Notes: a model not told the origin generated them from the sequence alone. A DNA stretch of 64,000 nt from Thermoplasmata archaeon (GCA_021817415.1 JAKAUZ010000003.1:50141-114140), one strand, 5' to 3'. Positions 51,067-61,599 are shown, counted from the first letter of the stretch. Numbers and translations: made by a program.

Positions 51067-52612
51067 GGAAAGTATCCATTGTAGTCTGCTTTATCCCGCT
51101 CCTTTTTTCATTCAGGATGTTTTTCATTGATTTTTCCTTTCGTTCAGAAATATAAAGGTAAGAGACATCGCGAGAATCGTTCATTACCAATATTATAGCT
51201 CTTCCTTTCCCGAACCTGCCGGTCCTTCCCCTCCTCTGAATCGACCTAATTTCGCTCGGAACAGGCTCATAAAAAATCACCAGGTCTGCAGAAGGTATAT
51301 CCAGACCCTCCTCTCCCACCTGCGTAGCTACAAGGATCCTAGTATCTCCCATCTTGAATCTTTCAATTATTTTTTTCTGATCCTTCTGTTTCAAGCCCTC
51401 GTCATTCCCGTGAGAACTCTGTCCTACAAACTTCTCGCAAGCATACCCCTCATTCCTGAGAAAGTTGGAAAGGATGGAAGAAGTTATCCTGAAATGACAG
51501 AAAATGATTGCCTTTTCAAACTCAATCTCTTCCAGGATATCCTTTATCTTTGCCATTTTTGGAGTGTGGTTTTTTACCGGTGACCCGATCAATCTCTGAG
51601 ACTCTTTCTCTATCCTTACAAATCTCTCGTCTTTGAACAACTTATTTTGCTTGACGTTTTCCTTCTTTATCTCCGTTAGATACTCCAAGAAGGGTGCACC
51701 TCCCTGAGTCTCCGCAAATTCTAACAGATAATCAACCATTATTGCTTGGGTCCTCAGTCTTGCAGCTGAATAAAAAGTTCTGTTTCCTTTTCTGATTTCC
51801 TGGGAAATGCTTTCGCCAGTTTCTATGATTTCCTTTCTGGATTTTCCAGTGAGATGCGGGATAAACCATTTAAGCCTTTCAATAATGCTGTCATAATATT
51901 CCTTCAAATTAGATACGATATGTTTCAGTTCTGGTGGCATGTCAAGCCTTACCCACTCTATTTCCACGCCCTTCATGTACTCTGAGACGTCGGAAGAATT
52001 TTCGTCCCTTATCTCTACCGTTTCTATATGTAGATTTTTCATTATATCGTCAATCCTCTCCCTGTTTGATCCAGGAGAAGCAGTCATTCCAATGATTCTC
52101 GATCTTCCCTCTAAAAACGATGCTATTTCAACGTAAGAATAATCTCCAACCGCCCTGTGAGCCTCGTCAAAGATCACAACCTTAATGTCACCTACAATAT
52201 CCTGTATTAACTCCCTGTCATTATCAACCACCTGCGGAGTTGAGACGATTATTCGGGCATTTTTGTATAAGGTTTTCCTTTCATTCTTCTTTACCTCTCC
52301 GGTTACTTCGACAATCTGTTCAGCAGGCAAATCTATGAATCTCCTGAGGCTGCCTAGGTGCTGGTTAACCAGTGGACGAGTGGGGGCAAGAAAGAGGGCT
52401 TTCCCTCCACCCTCAATAAGTCTGGAAATGGCGATTATTGCAATGATTGTCTTCCCCAGAGCAGTAGGAAGAATTATCAATGTATTCTTTGTTACAGCTG
52501 TTGACGCAATTCTATCTTGGTACTCTCTCTTCTCTATTAGCTCAGTCCTCAGGATTGGAGAATCATTCACAGAATAGAGCAACTTAATGGAATTTAAAAA
52601 GTTACCTCCCAT
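51050..52612 (-). CDS. hef: Hef/FANCM-like helicase without nuclease domain
   Basis: REYQ, LPTALGKT, DEAHRAVGDY, TASPG, EEGLDIP, QRRGRTGR; C-terminal PIP box QTTMDTFL; true start may be GTG 52570. Confidence 0.88.
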   Translation of the reverse strand: MGGNFLNSIKLLYSVNDSPILRTELIEKREYQDRIASTAVTKNTLIILPTALGKTIIAIIAISRLIEGGGKALFLAPTRPLVNQHLGSLRRFIDLPAEQIVEVTGEVKKNERKTLYKNARIIVSTPQVVDNDRELIQDIVGDIKVVIFDEAHRAVGDYSYVEIASFLEGRSRIIGMTASPGSNRERIDDIMKNLHIETVEIRDENSSDVSEYMKGVEIEWVRLDMPPELKHIVSNLKEYYDSIIERLKWFIPHLTGKSRKEIIETGESISQEIRKGNRTFYSAARLRTQAIMVDYLLEFAETQGGAPFLEYLTEIKKENVKQNKLFKDERFVRIEKESQRLIGSPVKNHTPKMAKIKDILEEIEFEKAIIFCHFRITSSILSNFLRNEGYACEKFVGQSSHGNDEGLKQKDQKKIIERFKMGDTRILVATQVGEEGLDIPSADLVIFYEPVPSEIRSIQRRGRTGRFGKGRAIILVMNDSRDVSYLYISERKEKSMKNILNEKRSGIKQTTMDTFLSEGD

Positions 52613-52642
52613 ATGTTTTTATTCTAATAAAGATGAGTAATC

Positions 52643-53593
52643 GTGCCTCTGGTACTCAATCTGGCAATCTCAATTTTCATCTTGATGTTATCCTCAGTGC
52701 TGCTGTCAGAATCAATTGAGGCATTTGGGAGCAAATTGTCTCTGTCACACAGTTTTACCGGTGCGATTATTTCGCCCATGTTCACTTCTCTTCCCGAACT
52801 CGTCGTCCTAGTCACATCCATCATTATACTGGGTAGAATTTCTGGATCAGAAATAGCTGCAGGCACAATTATAGGGGAGCCATTCATGGTATCTTCACTG
52901 GGATTTGCTGCTATGGCAATTTCTTACATGATCGGGAAAAATGGTCTCAGGGCGAGGGATATTGACCCGGTAATTCCAAGGACTTTCCTGATAATGGCGG
53001 GAACATTCCCCATCATGTTGATTCCTGCACTGTTTGGCGGTATGCTGCTCAGGGTTTTTGTAATAGTGTTATTGATCATCCTCTACATTCTCATTGTCAG
53101 ATACTTTACAAGACATAGAAGGAATTCCCAAAATAATGGAAATCAAGAGGGAAGGAAATTCAAATCTACCATAATCATTTTGATTTCCGGAATCATTCTC
53201 CTTCTAATAGGATCCGTCTTAATAGTCAATTCAATAAACGACATCTCGATTCAGTATCATTTGAATGCTGAGATCACTGCCCTCTTCCTTGTCCCTATAG
53301 GAACGATCATCCCGGAGACAATGGTCGCAGTGATATGGGCCTACAAAGGGAAGATTAATCTTGCCATAGGAGCGCTGATCGGAGAGGAATTCTTATTCAC
53401 CACAATCTACCCGATAATTGGAATACTTTTCACTAAATGGGTTGTATACTGGCAGGGAAGTCTAGCTGTAGTACTGACATCAATCTTTTCCATTTTGGCA
53501 GGTATCTCCCTAATCGGTAAAAACAGAAGAATACTGGCACTGTTATTCTCATTCTTTACTCTAATAATATTTATAATATTAATCGTATACTAA
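52643..53593 (+). CDS. Na+/Ca2+ exchanger-family antiporter
   Basis: Alpha repeats FTSLPEL and GTIIPET; about 10 TM helices. Confidence 0.82.
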   Translation: MPLVLNLAISIFILMLSSVLLSESIEAFGSKLSLSHSFTGAIISPMFTSLPELVVLVTSIIILGRISGSEIAAGTIIGEPFMVSSLGFAAMAISYMIGKNGLRARDIDPVIPRTFLIMAGTFPIMLIPALFGGMLLRVFVIVLLIILYILIVRYFTRHRRNSQNNGNQEGRKFKSTIIILISGIILLLIGSVLIVNSINDISIQYHLNAEITALFLVPIGTIIPETMVAVIWAYKGKINLAIGALIGEEFLFTTIYPIIGILFTKWVVYWQGSLAVVLTSIFSILAGISLIGKNRRILALLFSFFTLIIFIILIVY

Positions 53594-53631
53594 ATTTTTG
53601 GTAAAACCAATAAATGTGAAAACATTAAAAT

Positions 53632-54315
53632 ATGCTCTTTCAATCATGGTCTATGAGAGGAATTATGGACCTATCGCTTTCCGATATTAAAAGAGATCTA
53701 CTTTCAGGGAAGCCAATTGTAATTTTTGACTTCAAAGGGAGAGAAGAAGAGACCGATATGGTATATTATGGTGGTGCGGTCACGTGGGAATCTATAAATA
53801 CCCTGAGAAAGGAGGCAGGAGGCCTTATCTGTTACGTTACTGGGGAGGATGAAGCACAGGAAATGGGCCTTAACTTTCTTACAGAAGAGTGGAAATCCCA
53901 TCCAGTATATTCAAGACTCATAAAGAAACCAGCATACGGGGATTACCCATCCTTCACAATCTGGGTAAATCACATCGAGACTGGGACAGGCATTTCGGAT
54001 TCAGACAGGGCTAAAACAATCAGGGAACTGCACAACTTGGTTCAGATGTATGACGGCACAAAGATGAATCACTTTCTGAATAATTTCTATGCACCGGGTC
54101 ACGTCCCGATCCTCGCATCAAGGGGGCTGGAAAACAGAAAGGGTCATACTGAACTGGTCACTACCCTTGCCGATAAGCTCGGTCTACCTAGGTCTATGGT
54201 CATAGCGGAGATGCTTGACAATGGAAAAGCATTGAACGTGGAAAAAGCCAAGTATTATTCAATGTCCAGAGGATTGAAGTTCATAAGGGGAGAAGATATT
54301 TTAAAGGGGTTGTAA
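53632..54315 (+). CDS. ribB: 3,4-dihydroxy-2-butanone-4-phosphate synthase
   Basis: GREEETD, GGLIC, TGISDSDRA, PGHV, RKGHTE. Confidence 0.93.
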   Translation: MLFQSWSMRGIMDLSLSDIKRDLLSGKPIVIFDFKGREEETDMVYYGGAVTWESINTLRKEAGGLICYVTGEDEAQEMGLNFLTEEWKSHPVYSRLIKKPAYGDYPSFTIWVNHIETGTGISDSDRAKTIRELHNLVQMYDGTKMNHFLNNFYAPGHVPILASRGLENRKGHTELVTTLADKLGLPRSMVIAEMLDNGKALNVEKAKYYSMSRGLKFIRGEDILKGL

Positions 54316-54318
54316 GCA

Positions 54319-54789
54319 TTGGTCAGGTACGGAGTAGTTGACACAACTTTCTCAAGAGTAGATATGGCCAAGTTTGCCATTGCATCAATAAGAAAAGAAG
54401 ATCCTGATGCTGAGATAATGAGATACACTGTACCCGGAATAAAGGACCTTCCTGCAGGGGCCGTAAAACTTTTTGACGATGGATGCGAAGGGGTAATAAC
54501 TCTTGGTTGGGTTGGCAGGACAAAACTGGATAAATATAGTTATCTTGCTACGAGTATAGGACTGATTCAAGCGCAGGTACTCAACCACAAGCATGTGATT
54601 GATGTCACAGTCCATGAAGATGAGGTGGAAGATGAACACCTATTTGAACTGGCGAAAGACCGTGCGTCTAAACACGCAGTGAACCTTGTAAAACTTCTGA
54701 AGGATGGCGGAAATGCACTCAGGGAAAATGCAGGAAAAGGATTAAGACAAGGATATAATAATGTTGGTTCTATATCAGAGGAGGATTAA
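54319..54789 (+). CDS. ribC: Archaeal riboflavin synthase
   Basis: DTTFSRVDM, TVPGIKDLP, VHEDE, AGKGLRQG. Confidence 0.93.
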   Translation: MVRYGVVDTTFSRVDMAKFAIASIRKEDPDAEIMRYTVPGIKDLPAGAVKLFDDGCEGVITLGWVGRTKLDKYSYLATSIGLIQAQVLNHKHVIDVTVHEDEVEDEHLFELAKDRASKHAVNLVKLLKDGGNALRENAGKGLRQGYNNVGSISEED

Positions 54790-54790
54790 T

Positions 54791-55213
54791 ATGACAAAAA
54801 TAGGAATCGTGGCTTCAGAGTTCAACTATGACATAACATACTTGATGACCAAGAAGGCTCAGGAACACGCTGAACTGCTTGGCGTAAAAACTGAGACGGT
54901 AAAGGTACCGGGAGTGTTCGACACTCCTTTTGCAGTGAAGAGGATGCTTTCCAAAAGGGATATAGATGCTGTTGCAGTCATAGGGGCCGTAATAAAGGGA
55001 GAAACAAAACACGATGATCTGGTGGTAAATCAGGCAGTAAGAAAGCTCATAGATCTTTCCCAGGAATTCAACAAGCCAGTCACGCTCGGCGTAATCGGCC
55101 CTGGAGCAACTCATGACCAGGCAGTAGCCAGACTGGAAGAATATTCTTCAAGGGCAGTTGAGTCAGCAGTCAAATTGTTGAGGTCAGCAGAATCAATTGA
55201 GAAAATTAAATGA
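54791..55213 (+). CDS. ribH: 6,7-dimethyl-8-ribityllumazine synthase
   Basis: IVASEFN, VPGVFDTP, GAVIKGETKHD, KPVTLG. Confidence 0.95.
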   Translation: MTKIGIVASEFNYDITYLMTKKAQEHAELLGVKTETVKVPGVFDTPFAVKRMLSKRDIDAVAVIGAVIKGETKHDDLVVNQAVRKLIDLSQEFNKPVTLGVIGPGATHDQAVARLEEYSSRAVESAVKLLRSAESIEKIK

Positions 55214-55265
55214 TTCTCTACTTTCAGTTGCTATCCAAAATATGTAAAAATAAAAAAAATTAAAT

Positions 55266-55535
55266 TTATTTGTATTTTATTTTAGAAGATGCACTAAAAT
55301 GAAGCTTGTTCTTGGAGGGAACTTTTATCAGTTGTTTTGTCCTAGGGTTCTTTGCATTTCTCGCCTTGGTCTTCTTTCTAGAGAAGATACCAAAACCAGC
55401 AATTCTGACCTTCTTCCCCTTGTTCACATTTGCCTCTATTTCCTTGAATGCTTTCCTTATTATGGCCTCAGTTTTCTTGGCAGATACTTCCGCATCCTTG
55501 GAAGCCGCTTTTGCCAAGTCGGTAATTCCTACCAT
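55266..55535 (-). CDS. HU-family DNA-binding protein (HTa-like)
   Basis: GFGIF, ARNAKNPRT, C-terminal ASSKIKY as in Thermoplasma HTa. Confidence 0.93.
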   Translation of the reverse strand: MVGITDLAKAASKDAEVSAKKTEAIIRKAFKEIEANVNKGKKVRIAGFGIFSRKKTKARNAKNPRTKQLIKVPSKNKLHFSASSKIKYK

Positions 55536-55932
55536 ATATTAAAGATAAACTTTTAATATAAATATTTGACGTTAAAATCTCAGTTTAGACAGCCCCTTTT
55601 GAAAACAGAGGATTTATTATAAAAATAAAGTTCCGAATATTATTAGTGACAAATTTTATCGTTGGAAGAGTGATAATGTTACAATATATTCAAATCAGAA
55701 AATATAAATAGAAACAACTCTACCTATGGAGTACATGCCTAATTGCGCAACTGCCTCTCATCTCAACACGAGAACTCTTCCTCAAATACAAAAATGTTAT
55801 GGTGGTCCGGAATGAAACTTCAAACAGCAATCCAACATACTATCTAATATCACGGAAACGAATAGTAAATGACAAAAAAGTCAAAAGACGGTTCACAGAA
55901 AATCCTTTTTAATATTATATCATGGGAGGCAA

Positions 55933-58485
55933 ATGCCTTACGACTTCAAGGAGAGAGAAAATAAATGGAGAGAATTCTGGGCAAAGGAGAGAATATTCGA
56001 ATATAATTTCCAGTCAGAAAAACAAACTTTCAGCATAGATACTCCTCCCAGATATGCATCCGGTAAACTCCATATAGGTCACGCTTTTCATTATTCCCAC
56101 ATTGATTTCATAGCAAAATACCAGAAACTTCGGGGAAAGAATGTGTTTTTCCCCCTGTGTTTTGACGTGAATGGGATGCCCATTGAGGTTAATGTTGAAA
56201 AAAAATACGGAATAAGAATGAGGGACTATCCAAGAGAGGAATTTGTCAAATTATGTGAAAGATTTGCTGATGATAACATTGATGCGATGATCCATCAGTT
56301 CGATCTTCTTGGAATCACTGCGGATGCCTCATTATATTACAGGACGGATGGAGAGTATTACCGTAAGCTCACACAGATATCGTTCATAAGGATGCTCCAG
56401 AATGGGCTGATATACAGAGGTACATTTCCAGTAAACTGGTGCCCCAGATGTGAGACGGCAATTGCTGAGTCTGAAATTGTGTATGAAGAGAGGGACGTTG
56501 ACCTGAATGAAATCAAATTTGCCGGAGAAGATTTCCAAGTTATAATTGATACCACAAGGCCAGAACTAATACCTGCCTGCGTGGCGGTAGCGGTCAATCC
56601 AGAGGATGAAAGATATACTGGCCTGGTTGGAAAAGAAGTGAACGTTCCGCTGGTAGGGAAGAAGGTGAAGATCATAGCTGATAAAATGGTCCTGAAGGAC
56701 TTCGGCAGCGGGGCAGAGATGGTATGTTCAGTTGGAGATAAAGATGACCTGCATATGATATATGCCCACAATCTACCATTCCTTAAGAGCATTGATGAAT
56801 CTGGAAAGTTGACTGAAGTTGCAGGAAAATACAAAGGACTGGAAACGAAGGAAGCAAGGAAGAAAATAATCGAAGATCTAAAGAACCAAGGATTATTCAT
56901 TGGCTCTAAAAAGATCAGACATAACGTTGGAACGTGCTGGAGATGCAGTTCACCACTGGAATTCCTTCAAAAAGACCAATGGTTTGTGAAAACAACAGAA
57001 TTTAAGGACAAGTTAAAGGAATGGTCAAAAGAACTCGATTGGCACCCGAAATTCATGAAGAGACGACTTGATGATTGGATAGATTCTCTTTCGTGGGATT
57101 GGGTAATTTCAAGGCAAAGATATTTTGCTACTCCAATACCAGTGTGGTTTTGCAAGAACGGTCATCCGGTTGTTGCCAATGAAAATCAATGCTATGTGGA
57201 CCCGCTGATAGATCCGCCTCCAATAGAAAAGTGCGACAAATGCGGAGAAGAGCTCAAGGGAAGCGACGAGGTATTCGATACCTGGATGGATTCGTCAATT
57301 TCCCCACTTTTCAATACGTTTTACAACAGGGATGAAGGAGTTTTCGAGAGTCTATACCCAATGAACCTGAGGCCTCAGGGGCAAGACATAATCAGAACAT
57401 GGGCCTTCTATACGCTTTTGAGGGGAAGGCATCTTACCGGTAAGAATCCCTGGAACAGTATAATGGTAGATGGCAATATAATGGCCCCAGACGGGCGACC
57501 AATGCACGCCTCCTGGGGTAATGTCGTAGATCCGTTAGGACTTCTTGAGAAATATGGCGCTGACCCATTCAGGTATTTTACATCTCAATGTTCCCTGGGG
57601 GAGGACACTCCATTCAAAGAGAGGGACCTTGTGAGGGGTCAGAGATTTGTCAACAAGATTTATAATCTGGCGAATTTCCTGGAATTTTACTCAGGGAAAG
57701 AAACGATGGAAGGTGCATTGAAGCCAACAGATCACTGGATCAGGAAGGAGATAAATAGCGTAATTCGAGAGGTGAAAGAAGCAATGGATGAATACCAATT
57801 CGATGTCGGAATGAAAATCCTGGAAGATTTCATTTGGCATAAGTTTGCGGACAATTATGTAGAGGCAGTTAAACACAGAATGAATGAGAGAACTGCCGCC
57901 AATAATGTCCGGTCAATACTGCTTTCTTCGCTCATCATGATTTCTCCAATTTTCCCGCACGTTGCTGAGGACTCCTACCAGAGACTATTCAGATCGGGCG
58001 AGGGGAAAAAGAGCATATTCGATAACGACTGGCCATCCACATATGAGTTTGAGGAGTCAAGTGCAATAATTGGAGAGAACACAATAGAAGCAATTGGACT
58101 CCTGAGAAGCTGGAAGGTTGAAATGAGAATACCGCTGGGAGGGGAGATCAGCAAGGCCATTATTTACTCGAAAAACCCGGATGATTTCGATGCCGATGAA
58201 ATTAAGGGAACCATCAGGGCAAAAGAAATAAATGTCGAAAACAGGAAGGTAAAGGAAAAGTTACTTGGAATCAAATTATCGCCGGAATCATACGGCAAAC
58301 TGAAAGAGGCATCACCAAAATTCATTGAATATTTAATGAACAATAGCCAAGAACTAAATCGGGAAGTGATCAATTACGGGGGAGTCAGCATCAACAGGGA
58401 CGAAATTAAGACTACCTACGAATACAGCGTTGATGAACAAGACGTCACTTGTGGTCTTAAGTGCTGCGTAAGCATTGAAAAATGA
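55933..58485 (+). CDS. valS: Valyl-tRNA synthetase
   Basis: DTPP..LHIGH, TTRPE, DWVISRQR, DTWMDSS; KMSKS replaced by PMHAS. Confidence 0.93.
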   Translation: MPYDFKERENKWREFWAKERIFEYNFQSEKQTFSIDTPPRYASGKLHIGHAFHYSHIDFIAKYQKLRGKNVFFPLCFDVNGMPIEVNVEKKYGIRMRDYPREEFVKLCERFADDNIDAMIHQFDLLGITADASLYYRTDGEYYRKLTQISFIRMLQNGLIYRGTFPVNWCPRCETAIAESEIVYEERDVDLNEIKFAGEDFQVIIDTTRPELIPACVAVAVNPEDERYTGLVGKEVNVPLVGKKVKIIADKMVLKDFGSGAEMVCSVGDKDDLHMIYAHNLPFLKSIDESGKLTEVAGKYKGLETKEARKKIIEDLKNQGLFIGSKKIRHNVGTCWRCSSPLEFLQKDQWFVKTTEFKDKLKEWSKELDWHPKFMKRRLDDWIDSLSWDWVISRQRYFATPIPVWFCKNGHPVVANENQCYVDPLIDPPPIEKCDKCGEELKGSDEVFDTWMDSSISPLFNTFYNRDEGVFESLYPMNLRPQGQDIIRTWAFYTLLRGRHLTGKNPWNSIMVDGNIMAPDGRPMHASWGNVVDPLGLLEKYGADPFRYFTSQCSLGEDTPFKERDLVRGQRFVNKIYNLANFLEFYSGKETMEGALKPTDHWIRKEINSVIREVKEAMDEYQFDVGMKILEDFIWHKFADNYVEAVKHRMNERTAANNVRSILLSSLIMISPIFPHVAEDSYQRLFRSGEGKKSIFDNDWPSTYEFEESSAIIGENTIEAIGLLRSWKVEMRIPLGGEISKAIIYSKNPDDFDADEIKGTIRAKEINVENRKVKEKLLGIKLSPESYGKLKEASPKFIEYLMNNSQELNREVINYGGVSINRDEIKTTYEYSVDEQDVTCGLKCCVSIEK

Positions 58486-58515
58486 TAAACTTAAATTAAT
58501 GAAAATGCTATTAAA

Positions 58516-58893
58516 TTGATGGGAGGAAGGAATAAAGAGTCAGAGATCATATTCCACATCCTAGATATACTGAGACAAAAAGATGAAATCATTGGGGAAA
58601 TTAATTTCCTTAAACAGCTAAAATCTAGGGGAATCGGAATATCGGCCAAGAGATTTAGAAAAGTCGTTTTTGATATTCCGAAAATAAACGTTGAGATAGA
58701 ATTCTCGAAAAAGAGGAACAAAATTTCTAAATATTGTCCTGTTTGTGGAAGCAAATTAGTTCCGGTAAGGGACATGACTCTTGATGGGCGCAAAAAAAGA
58801 ATAGGTTATAGATGCAAGAAATGCAATTTCAATTCAAACAGGGATGGGAAACCATTAATATACAGCTTCAGGTTGAAGAAATATGATCTCTGA
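58516..58893 (+). CDS. Basic zinc-ribbon hypothetical protein
   Basis: CPVCG..DG..GYRCKKC. Confidence 0.65.
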   Translation: MMGGRNKESEIIFHILDILRQKDEIIGEINFLKQLKSRGIGISAKRFRKVVFDIPKINVEIEFSKKRNKISKYCPVCGSKLVPVRDMTLDGRKKRIGYRCKKCNFNSNRDGKPLIYSFRLKKYDL

Positions 58894-59299
58894 TGTTGAA
58901 GACAACATGGTTATGATGAAAATTGAGAAGGGGGAAGATATTTCAGAATCGCTGAATGAAATCATAGAGGATTATGCAATATTCTCTGGTATTGTGGTAT
59001 TTGGGATTGGAATGATCAGGGACCTGGAAATCGGGTACTGGAATGGCAAGGAGTATGTAAGGGAAAAGCTTCCTGAGCCTGGCGAACTGGTCTCATTCCA
59101 TGGTTCTATATCGTCTAACGAACCGAAATTGCACATTCACACTGCGATCGCAATGTCAGACCATACCGTTAAAGGAGGGCATTTCTTCTCAGGAGTGGCG
59201 GATCCACTTATGGAAGTTCACATTGTCAGGTTCAAGGAATTAGTGCTTAAGAGGGAAAAGAACAATATTACTGGTCTCACAGAATTAAATTTTGACTAG
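58883..59299 (+). CDS. PPC/DUF296 domain protein
   Basis: GIG, ELVSFHGSI, HIH, GGH. Confidence 0.88.
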   Translation: MISDVEDNMVMMKIEKGEDISESLNEIIEDYAIFSGIVVFGIGMIRDLEIGYWNGKEYVREKLPEPGELVSFHGSISSNEPKLHIHTAIAMSDHTVKGGHFFSGVADPLMEVHIVRFKELVLKREKNNITGLTELNFD

Positions 59300-59874
59300 T
59301 AATCTGACAGTAATTTTTTAACCTTATCGGTAAGTAACAGTGTACCGATTGTCAACGGCTTCGCGTTATCCAGGTCTATTATCGTCATTGATGCGTGCTT
59401 GATATCCATTCCGTAGCTCTCTTTCTCATCCATGTCAAGAAAACTTGCTGTAACTGCCCTTATGGGCAGTGCATGGCTGACCAGTATGTATTTCCCGTCG
59501 AGCTCATCAAGAACGCTTCTCATCCTCAGTACCTGGGCATCCCAGGGCTCCATTCCGAGATCCTCCCTGCTCAATTTTGGGACTTCGTCTATCTTAAACT
59601 TGTTGTATTGTCCCAGGCCGGATTCCCTTAGTCTCTGGTCAATCCTGATGCCTAATCCTGTTACATCTGAGATCTTCAGCGATGTTTGTCTTGCACGGAG
59701 TATGGGGCTGGAAATAATGCCATTGATATTCAAACCCTTCAGTTGCTCCGCTGAGAAGAGGACCTGCTCCACACCCCGCTCAGTCAGGGGATGCTCATCT
59801 GGATCTTCTGTGATAATTTTCATGACGTTGGCAACGCTCTCGCCATGTCTCATGAGAATAGCCATTCTTCTCAA
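59296..59874 (-). CDS. Histidine phosphatase / cofactor-dependent phosphoglycerate mutase family
   Basis: RHGES, LTERG, SSPILRARQT, LVSH. Confidence 0.9.
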   Translation of the reverse strand: MRRMAILMRHGESVANVMKIITEDPDEHPLTERGVEQVLFSAEQLKGLNINGIISSPILRARQTSLKISDVTGLGIRIDQRLRESGLGQYNKFKIDEVPKLSREDLGMEPWDAQVLRMRSVLDELDGKYILVSHALPIRAVTASFLDMDEKESYGMDIKHASMTIIDLDNAKPLTIGTLLLTDKVKKLLSDY

Positions 59875-59959
59875 ATAGATCAGCTCAACTTCCGTATGTC
59901 ATTGTTCAATTAAATTTTATGGACTGGATTTCGATCAAATAGCAGCTCACTGGAGAAGG

Positions 59960-60847
59960 TCAGAAGTTGACAATATCAACGGAGAAATGGTCATATCCCT
60001 TTGTACTGAGGGGGAAACCATCCAGATCAATGACCCCGGTTCCATCATCCACGGTACCTATTAATGGGAACCCGTCTATCTTCTCAGGCGACGTGAATAT
60101 CAGTTCATAGTCTCCTCCAAAAGTGTAGCAGAACTTCCTGAATTTCTCATCTCTTTCCAGGCAGACGTTCTCTTTTATGGTTATCCCTACTCCATTAATT
60201 CTTGCCAGCAGTTCAAGTGATTTGTAAATGCCATCAGAGTTATCAAGGCAGGAAGTTATTTTATGCTCATTCATTTTGCCCAAAACGTCGAACCTAGGCT
60301 CAATTGTTATAATATCTTCAGGAATCCCTGAACCAGAGTAGAATTCTTTCATTGCCTTTTCCTGCTTCCCCACCTTGTTTGTTATGTAAACGAAGTCCCC
60401 CGGTCTAGCACCCACTCTCCTGAATTCTTTTCCCTTCTGGATGCCACCAATGACCAGTCCTGTCAGGGAGATCAAGCCGCTTTCCTTCATATCACCGCCT
60501 GAAAATTTCATTCCATATTTACCGCATTCAGCTCGGATTCCCTCTGCAATACCTTCCACGTAATCCAAATCCAGAGTCCTGGGGAAAGACATCGAGGCCA
60601 TGAATTCATGCGGTCTCCCATTCTTGGAAGCAATGTCGCTGAGATTCACATCGACAAGAAACTTGCCTATTGTATATGGGTCCCAGTCTCTCTTGAAGTG
60701 GATACCTTCGTTCAGGGTATCGATCGCAAGAAGGGTATAATAATCTCCACTGTCTATGAAATGAACGTCCTCGTCTTCGTTTTTCCCACCAATTACTTCC
60801 CATATCCTATCAATTGTTTTTCTTTCACCGATGTCCATTAATTTCAT
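59960..60847 (-). CDS. thiL: Thiamine-monophosphate kinase
   Basis: EGIHF, VNLSDIA, GGD, DNSDG, GGDYELIFT, GYDHF. Confidence 0.9.
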   Translation of the reverse strand: MKLMDIGERKTIDRIWEVIGGKNEDEDVHFIDSGDYYTLLAIDTLNEGIHFKRDWDPYTIGKFLVDVNLSDIASKNGRPHEFMASMSFPRTLDLDYVEGIAEGIRAECGKYGMKFSGGDMKESGLISLTGLVIGGIQKGKEFRRVGARPGDFVYITNKVGKQEKAMKEFYSGSGIPEDIITIEPRFDVLGKMNEHKITSCLDNSDGIYKSLELLARINGVGITIKENVCLERDEKFRKFCYTFGGDYELIFTSPEKIDGFPLIGTVDDGTGVIDLDGFPLSTKGYDHFSVDIVNF

Positions 60848-60888
60848 ACATTAACATAATTAGATGTAGTAAAAATAATTATCAAACT

Positions 60889-61599
60889 GTGGAAGAGATA
60901 GAAATAGAGAACAATATATTCTTCACCAGATATGGAGCTGCATATTTTGAAGATATATCCACGATAGCAGTCTCGGACATACACCTCGGATACGAGGATG
61001 TCCTAGCCAAGAATGGTATCTTTCTCCCGAGGGTCCAGTCCAGAATAATTTATGAAACCATTGACAAGTTGATAGAAAGATATGCACCCGAGAAAGTGCT
61101 GATAAACGGAGACCTAAAACACGAGTTCTCCAGGAACACACCACAAGAGTGGAAAGATGCATTTGATCTTCTCAGAAGGATCGGGGAGAGGGCCAAGCCT
61201 ATAGTGGTAAAGGGAAATCATGACAATTATATTGCAAATATAGCATCAAAACTTGGAATAAAGGTGGTCGATTCATATGAAGAAGGGAAGTACACTTTTC
61301 AGCACGGTCACAGGGATTTCAAGTGGAAGGGAATTGCAGTTATTGGGAATGAGCACCCAGCGGTAGGACTCAGGGATTCAGTGGAATCTGTCGTCAAGCT
61401 TCCCTGTTTCTTGTACTTCAAGAAGAAAGGGCTGATAGTTCTCCCTGCACTGTCAATATATGCTGGAGGATCGGACCTATTGAAGAATGAAATATCCTCT
61501 CCCACACTAAAAAAAATGAGACTGAAAGAGGGCAGGGTTTATGGTCTTTGGGAAGCATATGGTATAATAGACCTGGGTGAAATAAGGAATCTGCAATGA
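60889..61599 (+). CDS. Calcineurin-like metallophosphoesterase
   Basis: SDIHLG, NGDLKH, GNHD, HGH, GNEHP; start moved to GTG 60889. Confidence 0.88.
   Translation: MEEIEIENNIFFTRYGAAYFEDISTIAVSDIHLGYEDVLAKNGIFLPRVQSRIIYETIDKLIERYAPEKVLINGDLKHEFSRNTPQEWKDAFDLLRRIGERAKPIVVKGNHDNYIANIASKLGIKVVDSYEEGKYTFQHGHRDFKWKGIAVIGNEHPAVGLRDSVESVVKLPCFLYFKKKGLIVLPALSIYAGGSDLLKNEISSPTLKKMRLKEGRVYGLWEAYGIIDLGEIRNLQ

Noticed and set aside
55535-55560. 9-bp inverted repeat TATATTAAA/TTTAATATA at the HU promoter
   Set aside because: Pure A/T in an AT-rich promoter, so not distinguishable from chance
55750-55761. 11/12 match (ACTGCCTCTCAT) to the predicted target of the sRNA D guide
   Set aside because: A one-mismatch 12-mer is expected by chance roughly 0.3 times in 128 kb of both strands, and the site is intergenic
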